Position numbers and translations under genes: made by a program. DNA of 64,000 nt from Candidatus Nanoarchaeia archaeon (lineage in GTDB: Archaea > Nanobdellota > Nanobdellia > Tiddalikarchaeales > Tiddalikarchaeaceae), in the NCBI GenBank assembly GCA_041653395.1, contig JBAZFK010000004.1:5307-69306 (forward strand). The letters are read 5' to 3'. The notes beneath the pieces were generated by a model. That model saw only the letters and a list, made by a program, of their open reading frames with translations. It made no database searches and was not told the DNA's origin. Numbering within the stretch: the first letter of the stretch is position 1; each line of letters begins with the position of its first letter. Below, piece after piece: positions 17,873 to 27,893 of this stretch.

Positions 17873-20725
17873 TCATTCAATCAATATTCCAGGCTTGCCG
17901 GGCAATGCTGATTTAGCTTTATCCTCTGCTGATTCTGCAATTATTTCAACTTTGCAGTTAAACTCTTTCTCAATAAACTTTGATGAATTAAGCATGGCAT
18001 TGTGCTCGTTTTTTCTGCTGCTTAATTCCTCAGGCCTTTTTGAAGGATTTTTCTGCATTGAAATTATTATTTTTGAAGCCTGCTCTGCATGCTTTTTAAT
18101 TTCAGGAATTGACAGTATTTTTTTAATGTCCAAATTCTTGCCCGAATTAATTATTTCTTTGAACAATTCATATTTCCATTCATCAGGCATAAATATCTTG
18201 ATTTTTTTAGGAGATTTTTTTATAATACTGATTAGTTCATGAATGTCTTTTGAGGTGTTAATCACTGTTTTTTGTGAAGTCTCAATAGATTTGTTTATCA
18301 GTTCCTCTTTTATTTTTGGGAAAAGCTGCAAAGAGACTAATTCGTTGCTTAATCTGCTGTAATATTCCTCGCAAATATGTGGCATTATCGGCTCAAGAGT
18401 AATAAGCCAATCCGCTGCAATCATTTTCATAATTGAACCAAACTCTTTTTCATCAGCTCTTGATTTAAAATAGCTAACCTCATTCAATAGCTCAAAGAAC
18501 ATATTAAGGGAATAATCCCTTAACTGCATCTTATCTCCCTGTAAATATGCATCTTTTAATCTTGAATAAAACCTGCTAAGCACCCAATTGCCCAGCTCGC
18601 TTATTTTTTTAGTGGGTTTGCTTATAACTGCGGATTCCATTATTTTTTGAAAATATTCAATCTTATTCTTTGTTCTCTCAACTTCAGCATCTTTCCAGTC
18701 AGCCTGGCTGTCTATCTCTGTTGAGCTCACAACATATAATCTGTAAAGGTCAGCTGAGTACTTCCTTGAAATGTCAATCAAAGGGATAACATTACCTTTG
18801 CTCTTAGACATCTTCACCCCCTCCCTTCCCGTCAGGAACTCGTTGAAAGTCATTGCTTTTGGCCAGTACTTTTCAGGGAAAATCTTTATATGATGCATTA
18901 TAAAAAATATTAAATGATTGCTTATATGCCCTGGAGCTGTATGCCTCTGGTCAACAGGGTACCAGTACTCAAAGCTTTTTTTCATCTCAAGCATTACTTT
19001 ATATGGCACTTTTGATTCCCTGCTGATTTTCTCAGCATCTCCTATATTCAATAAGATGTAATCAAACAATTCCTTTGTCAGTTGCTCAGGCTTAATTTTT
19101 TCCTTTGCAATGATTTTTTTAAGCAGGTAAAAAACCATGTAAATTGTTGAATCGCTCAAGCTTTCAATTACCCAGTTAGTGTCATAAGGAAGCTTTGTGC
19201 CAAGTCCTCTTTTTCTTGCGCAAGGCCTCATTTCAAGCCAGTCAATAACATCAATAAACATTTTCCTGTATTTTTCAGGATAAATTTTCATGGAATTTAT
19301 AAGTACTCTTGCCTTGTTTTTCCATTCTTCGCTTCTATAATCAAGGAACCACTGGTCTTTCAATACTGCAACTATGACTTTCCCATTACATCTGCATTCA
19401 GCCTTCCTGGTTGTTTCGTAAAACTTGAATGCTAATTTTTTCCTCTCCAAGCACTTGTATACTGAGTCTTTTATTTCATTGATTTTTTTGCCAGAAAATT
19501 CCATGCAAGCATTATTAAGTATTCCCTGATAAAACTCGTCTTTGTAAACATTCTTTGTTGCCTCTTCAAGCAAATCCTTTTGGTCAATTGATTTAATCTT
19601 AAGTGCTTCAACTGCTTGGGCAGCTGAATCTTTTGCGTAGCCTTTGATTTCAATTATTTTAATAGGCTTTATTTTTTTAATCTCTGAAAAATTAAGTTTA
19701 TATTTTTTAATCAAAATTTCATCATTTTGCAGGCTTAATAACACCATGTAGTCAAAAGGTGCGTGCGCAGGCACTGAATAAACAACGCCTGATGCAGTGT
19801 CAGGGTCAACAAAGGATGCTGGCAGAATCATAACCTCTGAACCAATAGGAGTTGTCACTTTTTTCCCAACCAGCTTTTCTCCCTTAAATTCCTCAATTTT
19901 TTCAGCATTGCCATGTTGGTATTTGAACTTTTCATAAGCCAAAGAGCTCATTATGAAAAACTCTTTGCCTGATTTTATTTTAGCATAAGATTCAGCAGGG
20001 TTAATCCATAAATTAGTTATTCCAAAGATTGTTTCAGGCCTTAAAGTTGAGGCCACAATAAAAGAGTCGTCTAATTTGAATTTTATTGCAGAGAACTCGT
20101 TAATCTTAACTTTGTCAGTGTCCCCATCCTTGACATCATCCTCTCCAACAGCATTGTTGCATTCAACGCAGAAAATAACAGGATGCTTATCCTTGATTAA
20201 TACTTTGCTTTCCATAAATTTGTTATATTGCCATTCAATGAATTTGTTGTATTCTTTATCTCCTGTTGAGAATTTTCTAGTCCAATCAATGCTTAAGCCG
20301 ATGCTATCAAAATCATTGCTTATGACACTTGCAAAATAATTCGCAACATTAATAGGTTCCTTGAATGATTCTATTATTCTGTCAACTTCTGATTTGTTAT
20401 TTTCATAAATTTCAACATAACTTTTGAATAATTTAGTGTATTTAGTGTCACCCTTCTTGATTCTGTCACTTATTGCAAGTATTGGAGTTCCTGAAATATG
20501 AAAAGCCATAGGCCATAAAACGTTGAATCCCTGCTTTCTTTTGAACCTTGCAACGAAATCCGCAATGCAGTATGTTCTGCCATGACCCACATGCAATGGT
20601 CCTGAAGTGTAAGGGAATGGCACTGTGAAAAAGAATTTTTTCTTTTTGTTGTCAATAACTGGCTCAAAAGCCTTCTTTTCTCTCCAAATATCCTGCCATT
20701 TCTTTTCTATTTCATTCATTTCCAT
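17873..20725 (-). CDS. leuS: Leucyl-tRNA synthetase (archaeal/eukaryal type)
   Basis: The HIGH motif is PYTSGPLHVGHGRTY. The KMSKS motif is VKMSKSKGN. Length is 950 aa. Confidence 0.9.
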   Translation of the reverse strand: MEMNEIEKKWQDIWREKKAFEPVIDNKKKKFFFTVPFPYTSGPLHVGHGRTYCIADFVARFKRKQGFNVLWPMAFHISGTPILAISDRIKKGDTKYTKLFKSYVEIYENNKSEVDRIIESFKEPINVANYFASVISNDFDSIGLSIDWTRKFSTGDKEYNKFIEWQYNKFMESKVLIKDKHPVIFCVECNNAVGEDDVKDGDTDKVKINEFSAIKFKLDDSFIVASTLRPETIFGITNLWINPAESYAKIKSGKEFFIMSSLAYEKFKYQHGNAEKIEEFKGEKLVGKKVTTPIGSEVMILPASFVDPDTASGVVYSVPAHAPFDYMVLLSLQNDEILIKKYKLNFSEIKKIKPIKIIEIKGYAKDSAAQAVEALKIKSIDQKDLLEEATKNVYKDEFYQGILNNACMEFSGKKINEIKDSVYKCLERKKLAFKFYETTRKAECRCNGKVIVAVLKDQWFLDYRSEEWKNKARVLINSMKIYPEKYRKMFIDVIDWLEMRPCARKRGLGTKLPYDTNWVIESLSDSTIYMVFYLLKKIIAKEKIKPEQLTKELFDYILLNIGDAEKISRESKVPYKVMLEMKKSFEYWYPVDQRHTAPGHISNHLIFFIMHHIKIFPEKYWPKAMTFNEFLTGREGVKMSKSKGNVIPLIDISRKYSADLYRLYVVSSTEIDSQADWKDAEVERTKNKIEYFQKIMESAVISKPTKKISELGNWVLSRFYSRLKDAYLQGDKMQLRDYSLNMFFELLNEVSYFKSRADEKEFGSIMKMIAADWLITLEPIMPHICEEYYSRLSNELVSLQLFPKIKEELINKSIETSQKTVINTSKDIHELISIIKKSPKKIKIFMPDEWKYELFKEIINSGKNLDIKKILSIPEIKKHAEQASKIIISMQKNPSKRPEELSSRKNEHNAMLNSSKFIEKEFNCKVEIIAESAEDKAKSALPGKPGILIE

Positions 20726-20745
20726 ATTATATCAATCCTTTAATT

Positions 20746-21021
20746 TCATTTTTTATTAATGTTTTTATTCATAAAATATTCTTCTAAATCTTTCACTATC
20801 TTTTCTTTTTTAGTGCTTAATTCGTAATTTTTAGAGTAGTAAGGCATTGCTGTTGCAAGCATTCCCCTACTTAAAACATAAACATTTATTGAGCTTTCAT
20901 TCCTTTCCAAAAGCACTCTTTCATTAGAGTAGCAAAATCTCATTGAACCATTGACAGGTATTATTATCTCTGTTAGCCCAGCAATTTTTGGGTATTCTAT
21001 CTTTATAGCTATATCAAACAT
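20746..21021 (-). CDS. Small hypothetical protein (91 aa) immediately upstream of leuS on the same strand
   Basis: ORF only. No motif. Confidence 0.3.
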   Translation of the reverse strand: MFDIAIKIEYPKIAGLTEIIIPVNGSMRFCYSNERVLLERNESSINVYVLSRGMLATAMPYYSKNYELSTKKEKIVKDLEEYFMNKNINKK

Positions 21022-21180
21022 TATTTAATCACTCTTTAAACTTTTTAGAAAAATAATGAATAACAAAACCACTGCATACAATTTAGCGTAAGAGCAAGCT
21101 TGTCATCATTAATAATTATGCAGCAAGCCAATTTTTAAAAACCTTTTTAATTAAAAAAAATTAATTAATAATATACTTAA

Positions 21181-21300
21181 GGGGCTGTAGTTTAACTTGG
21201 CAGAGCAGCTGGCTCCAGAAATCGCTTTTTTTGGAGCGCTGAGGCACTCAGGTGCCGTTGAAGAAACCAGCAAATCGGGGTTCAAATCCCTGCGGCCCCA
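21181..21300 (+). tRNA. tRNA-Trp (anticodon CCA) with a ~47-nt intron at the canonical 37/38 position
   Basis: Hand-folded. The acceptor GGGGCTG pairs with CGGCCCC and the discriminator is A. The D-arm is GTTT/AACTTGGCA/GAGC. The anticodon stem is GCTGG/CCAGC with loop CTCCAGA, placing CCA at 21215-21217. The T-arm is CGGGG-TTCAAAT-CCCTG. The intron (~21219-21265) forms a helix with the anticodon-loop exon (GCTCCA/TGGAGC), as expected for an archaeal BHB intron. The mature length is 73 nt. Confidence 0.75.
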
Positions 21301-21303
21301 AGT

Positions 21304-21314
21304 TTTATTTTTTT
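21304..21314 (+). terminator. Oligo-T tract immediately after tRNA-Trp (archaeal-type terminator)
   Basis: TTTTATTTTTTT lies directly downstream of the discriminator. Confidence 0.4.
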
Positions 21315-21354
21315 GTTAAGTTGATTTTCCGCCCACGCTTTGCAAAGCAAAGGG

Positions 21355-21394
21355 TGGGTTCCTAAATCCCTGCGGCCCCAAGTTTTATTTTTTT
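21355..21394 (+). repeat. Degenerate duplicate of the tRNA-Trp 3' end plus its T-tract (pseudo-tRNA fragment). A 31-nt stretch is a perfect direct repeat of 21284-21314.
   Basis: AAATCCCTGCGGCCCCAAGTTTTATTTTTTT occurs at 21284-21314 and again at 21364-21394. The second copy has a CT insertion in the T-loop and no 5' acceptor partner. Confidence 0.55.
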
Positions 21395-21446
21395 CTTTAC
21401 ATAGTGGTGACATAGATTTTTAATAAGAGTTAATCATTTTTTTATT

Positions 21447-21806
21447 ATGAATAAATTAAAAACTTGCGAAATAGGAAGTTTAGTATTAGTTACTTTAAAC
21501 AAAACTAATTGTTTTAATTCAAGAGATGGGATGAGAGAAGTAATGCTTGGAGGTTTAGAAAAAGGGCTTCTTTCTGAAACTCAAAAAGAAAAAGGACTTA
21601 TTTCCGTTAAATCCATTGTAGGATATTATGTGGGAGACAGGCCAGGATTAATTAAAATAATTCCTCTATATGGAATACAGCATTTTGAATCAGAATATCT
21701 GATAATTAATGAAGAGCAAATAGAAGATATTTCATATCTTGCAAAATCTGAAGAACCAGCAATAAAATATAAGGGTTATGTTAGTATTCATAATGGACCT
21801 TTATAG
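21447..21806 (+). CDS. Hypothetical protein (119 aa)
   Basis: ORF only. Confidence 0.3.
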   Translation: MNKLKTCEIGSLVLVTLNKTNCFNSRDGMREVMLGGLEKGLLSETQKEKGLISVKSIVGYYVGDRPGLIKIIPLYGIQHFESEYLIINEEQIEDISYLAKSEEPAIKYKGYVSIHNGPL

Positions 21807-21881
21807 ATAAAAAATTCATAACTTTTTTATTTTTTTATTTTAATACTAAGTTTTTTAATTAAGCTAAATGTAATAAAAAAT

Positions 21882-22760
21882 ATGTTGCTTTCCAATTATT
21901 TAGTCGGCATTTTTTCAGTATTAAAAAATGCATGGGCACCAATACTATTAGGTTTAATCATTAATATATTGATTGAGATTTTCATTCCAAAAAAAATAAT
22001 TCTTTCAGGATTCCATAAAAAAGACTTTTTGACAATAATAAGGGCATCGTTTTCAGGGCTACTCATTAGTGGACTGTCTTTTGGGGTCATTCCATTAATT
22101 GTTTCTTTAAGAAAGAAAGGGGCTTCATTTCCTGCATGCGCTGCAATGCTGGCTTTCACCCCATGGACAGGAGCTTTAGGCTTAATGATTGTCGGCTCCT
22201 ATGTTGGATTTTGGAACCTTATGATACTTTTAGGCTGCTCTTTTCTTTTATCATTAATTGTTGGATTACTCTTTTCATTGCTTGAAAAGTTTAATTTGCT
22301 TAAATCAAAGGCAGTTATTGAAAAAGAATATTTAAGCCTGAACAAGTATCATGACTTTGAAAATTATTTAAGCAGAAAAACAGGACTTAAGGAGATTTCA
22401 ATATCAATTTCAGAGCTTTTAAAAAATGTTTTCATAGCAATACTTTTCACTGCCTTTTTCCAGCTAATCTTCTCCCGCGAGTTCATATTAACTTATTTTT
22501 CAAACAATTATTCAATTCTTTACGCAATACCTTTGGCAACATTGATTGAAATAATTGGCGAAGGGTTCAGCATCTTTGCAGGAGAACTTTACTTATTAGG
22601 CGCTAATTTAGGAGTGGTTTTTTCAATAATAATTGCAGGAGTAATAACTGACATTAACGAGCTGTCAATGCTTGACAAGATTTTTTCAAAAAAAGCAGCA
22701 ACTGCTTACCTATTAATAAGCTTGGCAGGAGTTGTTTTTTTCTCATACTTTTTGGTTTAA
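21882..22760 (+). CDS. Polytopic membrane protein, putative permease
   Basis: 292 aa, about 8 hydrophobic helices. No diagnostic motif. Confidence 0.45.
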   Translation: MLLSNYLVGIFSVLKNAWAPILLGLIINILIEIFIPKKIILSGFHKKDFLTIIRASFSGLLISGLSFGVIPLIVSLRKKGASFPACAAMLAFTPWTGALGLMIVGSYVGFWNLMILLGCSFLLSLIVGLLFSLLEKFNLLKSKAVIEKEYLSLNKYHDFENYLSRKTGLKEISISISELLKNVFIAILFTAFFQLIFSREFILTYFSNNYSILYAIPLATLIEIIGEGFSIFAGELYLLGANLGVVFSIIIAGVITDINELSMLDKIFSKKAATAYLLISLAGVVFFSYFLV

Positions 22761-23252
22761 TCATCCAAAAATAGCCCTTAATTCTTTTTCCAGCTCGCTG
22801 ATTTTTGTAATAATTTTTCCGCCATTAACTTTTATAAAATACTCAACCTGTAAGTTTACTGTTGAGCCGTCATTGTCAGCTGATAATCTGAAATCCCCTC
22901 TATAACCTAATATTGGTTTTTTTAAAGCTGCAGCATAACCTATCTCTGAAGCTGTTCCGCTGTCCACATCAGTGCCGTCCAAGACTGCAAATAATCCCGT
23001 GCTTTCTTTTATTGCACATGCATTATTGTATCCAATAATAGGATTAATTTCCTGCCATTTATTTTTTCTTCCAGGGCCGTATTCAGAGTTTAAGGCTGAG
23101 TCTATTAATTCTTTCTTGGTTAAACTCCAAGGATCAAGAATTATGTAGCCTAATTTTTTTATTGCAGGAAATATTTTTGATTTCATAAAATCATTTCCAG
23201 CCTCTGAAAAACCTAAGGGTGAAGCAACATAAATCTTTGTTTTTTCAGGCAT
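22761..23252 (-). CDS. Nucleoside 2-deoxyribosyltransferase-family protein
   Basis: The N-terminus KIYVASPLGFSEAGN matches the family's IYLAGP-type Rossmann-like start. Length is 163 aa. Confidence 0.55.
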   Translation of the reverse strand: MPEKTKIYVASPLGFSEAGNDFMKSKIFPAIKKLGYIILDPWSLTKKELIDSALNSEYGPGRKNKWQEINPIIGYNNACAIKESTGLFAVLDGTDVDSGTASEIGYAAALKKPILGYRGDFRLSADNDGSTVNLQVEYFIKVNGGKIITKISELEKELRAIFG

Positions 23253-23354
23253 TCTAAAGAGAAATTAATAAAACTATAAAAACTTTCGTTATTTATTTTT
23301 TTCAAAAATTAAATAGTTTTTTAAATAATAACTAATACTATTTTTATTATTATG

Positions 23355-23405
23355 AAGCAAGTTGATTGTCCCACACGCGAGTGAAACACTTATTAATACT
23401 TGCTT
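23355..23405 (+). promoter_or_regulatory. Leader hairpin upstream of thrS. An 8-bp stem (AAGCAAGT/ACTTGCTT) encloses a GC-rich core with a CAC-GCGA-GTG tetraloop hairpin.
   Basis: Seen in sequence. The GC-rich patch is unusual in this AT-rich intergenic region and lies about 35 nt before the thrS SD/ATG. Confidence 0.3.
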
Positions 23406-23439
23406 TGTTCTAAAAACAATTAAAGGAGATGAATATTAA

Positions 23440-25143
23440 ATGAAGATATTGACTATACACTCAGATTACGTTAATTTTGAGCCAACAAAGAAAGCAATCA
23501 AAAGCGCTGAAGAGATAAGCATGAAAAAAGAGGAGATGAAGGACTGCTTAGTGGTTTTTTCAGCAGTTGAAAAAAATGATGAGCCAGACTTGAAAGGAAT
23601 CGTCAATAAATACATTGATGAGATTAAAAAAGTGGCACAGCAGGTTAAGACAAATAAAATAGTGATCTACCCCTATGCCCACTTGTCAAGCAATTTATCA
23701 AATCCTGACTTTGCAGTTGAAGTGTTAAAAGAGGCTGAAAAAATATTATCAAAGGATTACAAAGTATTAAGGGCACCTTTCGGATGGTATAAAAAGTTCG
23801 AGATTTCATGCAAAGGCCACCCATTGTCTGAATTGTCAAGAGAGTTTAGCGTTGTTCAGCAAGCAAAGCCTGAATTAAAAGAGGAGCCATGTGACCCCAA
23901 AAAACTGCTCAGTGAAATCACAAAAATAAGGCTTGACACTTCTAAGCTTAAAGAAAATGATCACAGAATACTCGGGCAAAAACTGGATTTGTTCAGCTTT
24001 AATGAAGTTGCTCCAGGAATGGTATTTTGGCACAATAATGGGCTTATAATTTTCAACGAGTTAGTGAATTACTGGAGAGATGAGAAAAATCTTGCAGGTT
24101 ACCAGGAAATCTCAACTCCCCAAATAATGGACAAGAGATTATGGCAAATTTCAGGCCACTGGGACAAATATAAGGAGAACAATTTTGTCACAAAATATGA
24201 GGATACTCCAATGCTAGTCAAGCCTATGAGCTGCCCAGGAGGGATGCTTGTATACAAAAATAAGCCAAAGTCTTACAAGGAGCTTCCATTAAGAGTTGCT
24301 GAGCTAGGAAAGGTTCACAGGGTTGAATTGTCCGGAACACTTGGAGGGCTTTTTAGAGTTATTCAGTTCACGCAGGATGATGCGCATGTTTTTTGCGAAG
24401 AAAAGCAAATTGAAGGCGAAATAAGCAATATAATGGACATGATTTTTAGGATGTATAAAAAATTAAATATTGAATTTGACCATGTTGAATTATCAACAAG
24501 GCCTGAAAAAAGAGTGGGCTCTGAAGCAACTTGGGATAAGGCTGAAGCAATACTTGAAAGCTTGCTCAAGAAAAAGAAAACTAACTATAAAGTCAACAAA
24601 GGGGATGGCGCATTTTACGGGCCAAAAATTGATTTTCATGTAAAAGATTCCCAAGGAAGAACTTGGCAGACTTCAACAATACAGCTGGATTTTAACATGC
24701 CGGAAAGATTTGATTTAGAATACATTGGCGAGGACAACAAGCCCCACAGGCCTGCAATGCTTCATTATGTTGTTTATGGGGCTATTGAAAGGTTCCTAGG
24801 AATCTATTTGGAGCACACTAACGCTAACTTGCCAGTTTGGCTTAGCCCGATTCAGGCAAGAGTTATTCCCTTCAATGAAGGCAATGTTAAAAGCGCAAAT
24901 AAGCTTTTAGAAGAGCTTAAAGAAAATGGAATAAGGGTTGATATTGACCTAGATAACGGAACAATAAATAACAAGATAAGGAATGCTGAACTGATGAAAA
25001 TACCTTATGTCTTAGTATTGGGGGATAAGGAAGAGAAAGAGGGCTTAGTCTCTGTTAGGAATAAGTCAAGCAAAAAAGTAAGCTCGCTGAAAAAATCAGA
25101 ATTTTTAAGCCAAATGCTTAAAGAGATAAATTACAGGGAATAA
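23440..25143 (+). CDS. thrS: Threonyl-tRNA synthetase (archaeal type, with N-terminal editing domain)
   Basis: Class II motifs are present: FRVIQFTQDDAHVFC (motif 2 region) and GAIERFLGIYLEH (motif 3). The C-terminal anticodon-binding domain is present. Length is 567 aa. Confidence 0.9.
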   Translation: MKILTIHSDYVNFEPTKKAIKSAEEISMKKEEMKDCLVVFSAVEKNDEPDLKGIVNKYIDEIKKVAQQVKTNKIVIYPYAHLSSNLSNPDFAVEVLKEAEKILSKDYKVLRAPFGWYKKFEISCKGHPLSELSREFSVVQQAKPELKEEPCDPKKLLSEITKIRLDTSKLKENDHRILGQKLDLFSFNEVAPGMVFWHNNGLIIFNELVNYWRDEKNLAGYQEISTPQIMDKRLWQISGHWDKYKENNFVTKYEDTPMLVKPMSCPGGMLVYKNKPKSYKELPLRVAELGKVHRVELSGTLGGLFRVIQFTQDDAHVFCEEKQIEGEISNIMDMIFRMYKKLNIEFDHVELSTRPEKRVGSEATWDKAEAILESLLKKKKTNYKVNKGDGAFYGPKIDFHVKDSQGRTWQTSTIQLDFNMPERFDLEYIGEDNKPHRPAMLHYVVYGAIERFLGIYLEHTNANLPVWLSPIQARVIPFNEGNVKSANKLLEELKENGIRVDIDLDNGTINNKIRNAELMKIPYVLVLGDKEEKEGLVSVRNKSSKKVSSLKKSEFLSQMLKEINYRE

Positions 25144-25775
25144 CCAATTCCCTTAATTTTTTTTTATTGCCTGCTAACTTTTTTTTAATAAAAAAAACTT
25201 AATTACCCAATAGAAACTTATTTAAACAAATTCTTTTATAGTTTTTTTATGGTTGTTGAACTATCTGATTTGGCAAAAGAATACAAACCAGTGTTTATTG
25301 TATCTACAAAAAATGAAGATTTTAATACTAAATTAATAGAGATTTTGGAAGAGTACACTTTAGCAGTTGTTGATTGCATAAAGCACTACAGGGATTAATC
25401 TTTTTTCTAGCCTAAAGCGCATCATCTAAACAATCATTTTTTTTGGAATCTTCATTTTCTTTAATCATTAGGGAATATATTCTTGTCAAATCTCTCATTG
25501 CAGTGTTAGCTTCCTTTGCATTCAAATTCCTAAAGCCTTTTTCACTAAGGTATTTTCCTTCAATTTCCCTGATTTTATTGTCTCCACAGATTTTTTGTAT
25601 CTGCATCTTCAACTCCATATATTTTAAAGTTAAATCTATATCAACCTGTTTATTCACAATAAAAGCTTAAGCAATTGTTTTTATAAAATTTTCTTAAAGA
25701 AATCGCTAATTAGAAATGTTTTTAAAAAGATTTGTTTATCTTTTTATCCATTAATCGCGAGGTTTAAGAAAAAAA

Positions 25776-27893
25776 ATGAAAAAAATTAGTTTAGCCCTAA
25801 TCTTATTATTAGGCTTGGCTGCAGGATTTAGTGCGCCAAATTACATTGCAAGCGTTAATGTGCTTGATTCAGTTCTAACTGCTCAAGACTCATTGACTCT
25901 TTACGGCTTCATAGATTATGAAGCAGGACAAGGAAACCCCTATGAGGTTTCAAAATTAAAATTAGTGTATTTTAAAACAGGAACAACATCAGGTGTTACT
26001 GAACTAAGTGGAGTTCAATACATAAGCCATTTCAGCAATCCTGAAAATTTGCTTTTAGATGGAGCTTATGCTGTTAGCATTTCTATTCCATCATTAAGCG
26101 ATGGGGAATACACTGTTAAATTGTTATTAAATGATGAAACTTTTGCAAAAGCCTATTTCACTTATGATTCAAGCATTTCAAGAGATTCAAAAATTGAACT
26201 AACAGATATGGATGATTATGCAGGTTCATTAAGCATTGAATACAAGATTAACAATAACAATCAAACAAACAATATTACTTATGCAGTTGACTTTTTTAGC
26301 CCTAAAATGAGCGGAGCAGGAGGCTCAGTGTTTAGCGATTCATTAATGGTTGCTAATATGACTTCTGGAGCCAAAGCAGTGAGCTTTACAAGCCCATTCG
26401 GACAAGGAGCTAATATCTTAATAATGAAAGTAAGCTCAACTGACCAAGCAGTTCAAAGGCTGCCTTTAAGCATCTTAAGAATAGTTAATGCTGGAGAATC
26501 AGTCTCACTTGAAAGAGCTGGAAAATTAACAATGGCTAATTGCTATGCCAAAGAGAATGATGAAAGCGAATGCGAATTCAGTGTATTAAACAACGGCTCA
26601 TACCCTACAACTTACTCATTTGAAGTTGTTAGCAGCTTAACAAATAGTGTTAGCTCTACAGGTTTAATCAATCCTGGAGAAACATCTACAGGCAAAGTAA
26701 CAGTTAGCGCCAAATTAGCTGATATTGGAACACAAAGTTTGACACTTAAATTAAAGCATTCAGATTCAGTTCTTGATTCAAAGCAAATAACAGTAAGCGT
26801 TTCAGCCCGCGATTTGGTGAACAAAGTTGACTTGAGAATAAATGGACTAAACAGATATATTTTACAAGGAGACAGCTTAACTGTTAGCTTTACTATTAAT
26901 AATACTGGAGACTTTGATGAAAATTTAAGAGTTGTTTATTCAGTAAATGGAGAAGAAGACACATTTGTTGGAGGATTATTCACTCTAAAGAAAGGGCAAA
27001 TAGCTTCAAGAACAATTGACTTAAGCGGACAAATATCAGAATTAAGCGGAAATGTTGGCTTTGAAATAAGCTTATACAATGAAGAAATGCAAAAAGTAGG
27101 CTCAATAGCTAGTGGATTAGTAATAAGCGAGCTGGAATATGCACCTTTGGCTTCATGGAATAAAGGAGTTGTAAGAATAGAAGCAGGAAACCATTCAGAG
27201 AATCAGTTAACTGTAAGAAACAACGGAAACACAGAAGACACATATATTGTTAGTGTTGTAAGCAATTTTGCATCATTAACAAAAACTGTATCACTGCAGC
27301 CAGGAGAATCTGAAAATATAAACGTTCCAGTGGTTTCAGAAGCTGATTCAAAAGGAACCTACCAGATAAGCGCAACAGCTTGCTCAAGTTTCAGCACTGA
27401 ATGCAGCAGCGTGAACTATACATTAATAGTTTACGAATTGCCAACTTATGGTGATGCAACAGTAGAAGCTTTGAACACTTCATTAAGCCTTGAAAAAGGC
27501 CAGGCAGCAATCTTTGAAATACTAGTATCAAACAATAATGGTGATGCAAGAGAATACACAATCATTGTGCCAGGATTCAATGGTGAAGTAAGGGTTAGCC
27601 CAGAAAGCAAATACATATTAAGCGGAAAGAGCGAGAAATTCTTAGTATACTTGCTTGCAAATGAAACAAAAACCCAAACTGTTGAATGCCAAGTGCTTGA
27701 ATCAAATGTTATAATAAACACTGAGAACTTAACATTAAGTTACGGATCAAGCTTTTTAACAGGCTTTGTTTCAATAGGCAGCGCTTCAAACATAATTGTT
27801 TCAATAATGGGACTTGGATTGCTCAGCGCTTTAATAGTGTTTGGAATAAGAGCATTTAACCAATCAAAAACAGAGTTAAAATACTGGAAATGA
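25776..27893 (+). CDS. Secreted cell-surface protein (signal peptide, S/T/N-rich beta-sandwich repeats, C-terminal TM anchor). S-layer/surface glycoprotein candidate.
   Basis: The signal peptide is MKKISLALILLLGLAAGFSA. Many N-x-S/T sequons. The C-terminus has a TM helix followed by basic residues. Confidence 0.6.
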   Translation: MKKISLALILLLGLAAGFSAPNYIASVNVLDSVLTAQDSLTLYGFIDYEAGQGNPYEVSKLKLVYFKTGTTSGVTELSGVQYISHFSNPENLLLDGAYAVSISIPSLSDGEYTVKLLLNDETFAKAYFTYDSSISRDSKIELTDMDDYAGSLSIEYKINNNNQTNNITYAVDFFSPKMSGAGGSVFSDSLMVANMTSGAKAVSFTSPFGQGANILIMKVSSTDQAVQRLPLSILRIVNAGESVSLERAGKLTMANCYAKENDESECEFSVLNNGSYPTTYSFEVVSSLTNSVSSTGLINPGETSTGKVTVSAKLADIGTQSLTLKLKHSDSVLDSKQITVSVSARDLVNKVDLRINGLNRYILQGDSLTVSFTINNTGDFDENLRVVYSVNGEEDTFVGGLFTLKKGQIASRTIDLSGQISELSGNVGFEISLYNEEMQKVGSIASGLVISELEYAPLASWNKGVVRIEAGNHSENQLTVRNNGNTEDTYIVSVVSNFASLTKTVSLQPGESENINVPVVSEADSKGTYQISATACSSFSTECSSVNYTLIVYELPTYGDATVEALNTSLSLEKGQAAIFEILVSNNNGDAREYTIIVPGFNGEVRVSPESKYILSGKSEKFLVYLLANETKTQTVECQVLESNVIINTENLTLSYGSSFLTGFVSIGSASNIIVSIMGLGLLSALIVFGIRAFNQSKTELKYWK

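Noticed and set aside
21040-21120. AUGAUGA box-C-like sequence on the minus strand, flanked by a 7-bp inverted repeat (CTGCATA/TATGCAG)
   Set aside because: No CUGA D or D' boxes at the expected spacing on that strand. Probably a chance match within promoter/leader sequence of the tRNA-Trp region.
21315-21380. Possible second complete tRNA (or split/permuted tRNA half) downstream of tRNA-Trp
   Set aside because: No 5' acceptor strand complementary to CGGCCCC exists within 120 nt upstream. The T-loop carries a 2-nt insertion. This is interpreted as a decayed duplicate of the 3' end rather than an independent gene.
25248-25398. About 50-aa ORF (MVVELSDLAKEYKPVFIVSTKNEDF...) in the spacer after thrS
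   Set aside because: Too short, no motif, and no clear ribosome-binding site. It cannot be supported as a gene from sequence alone.
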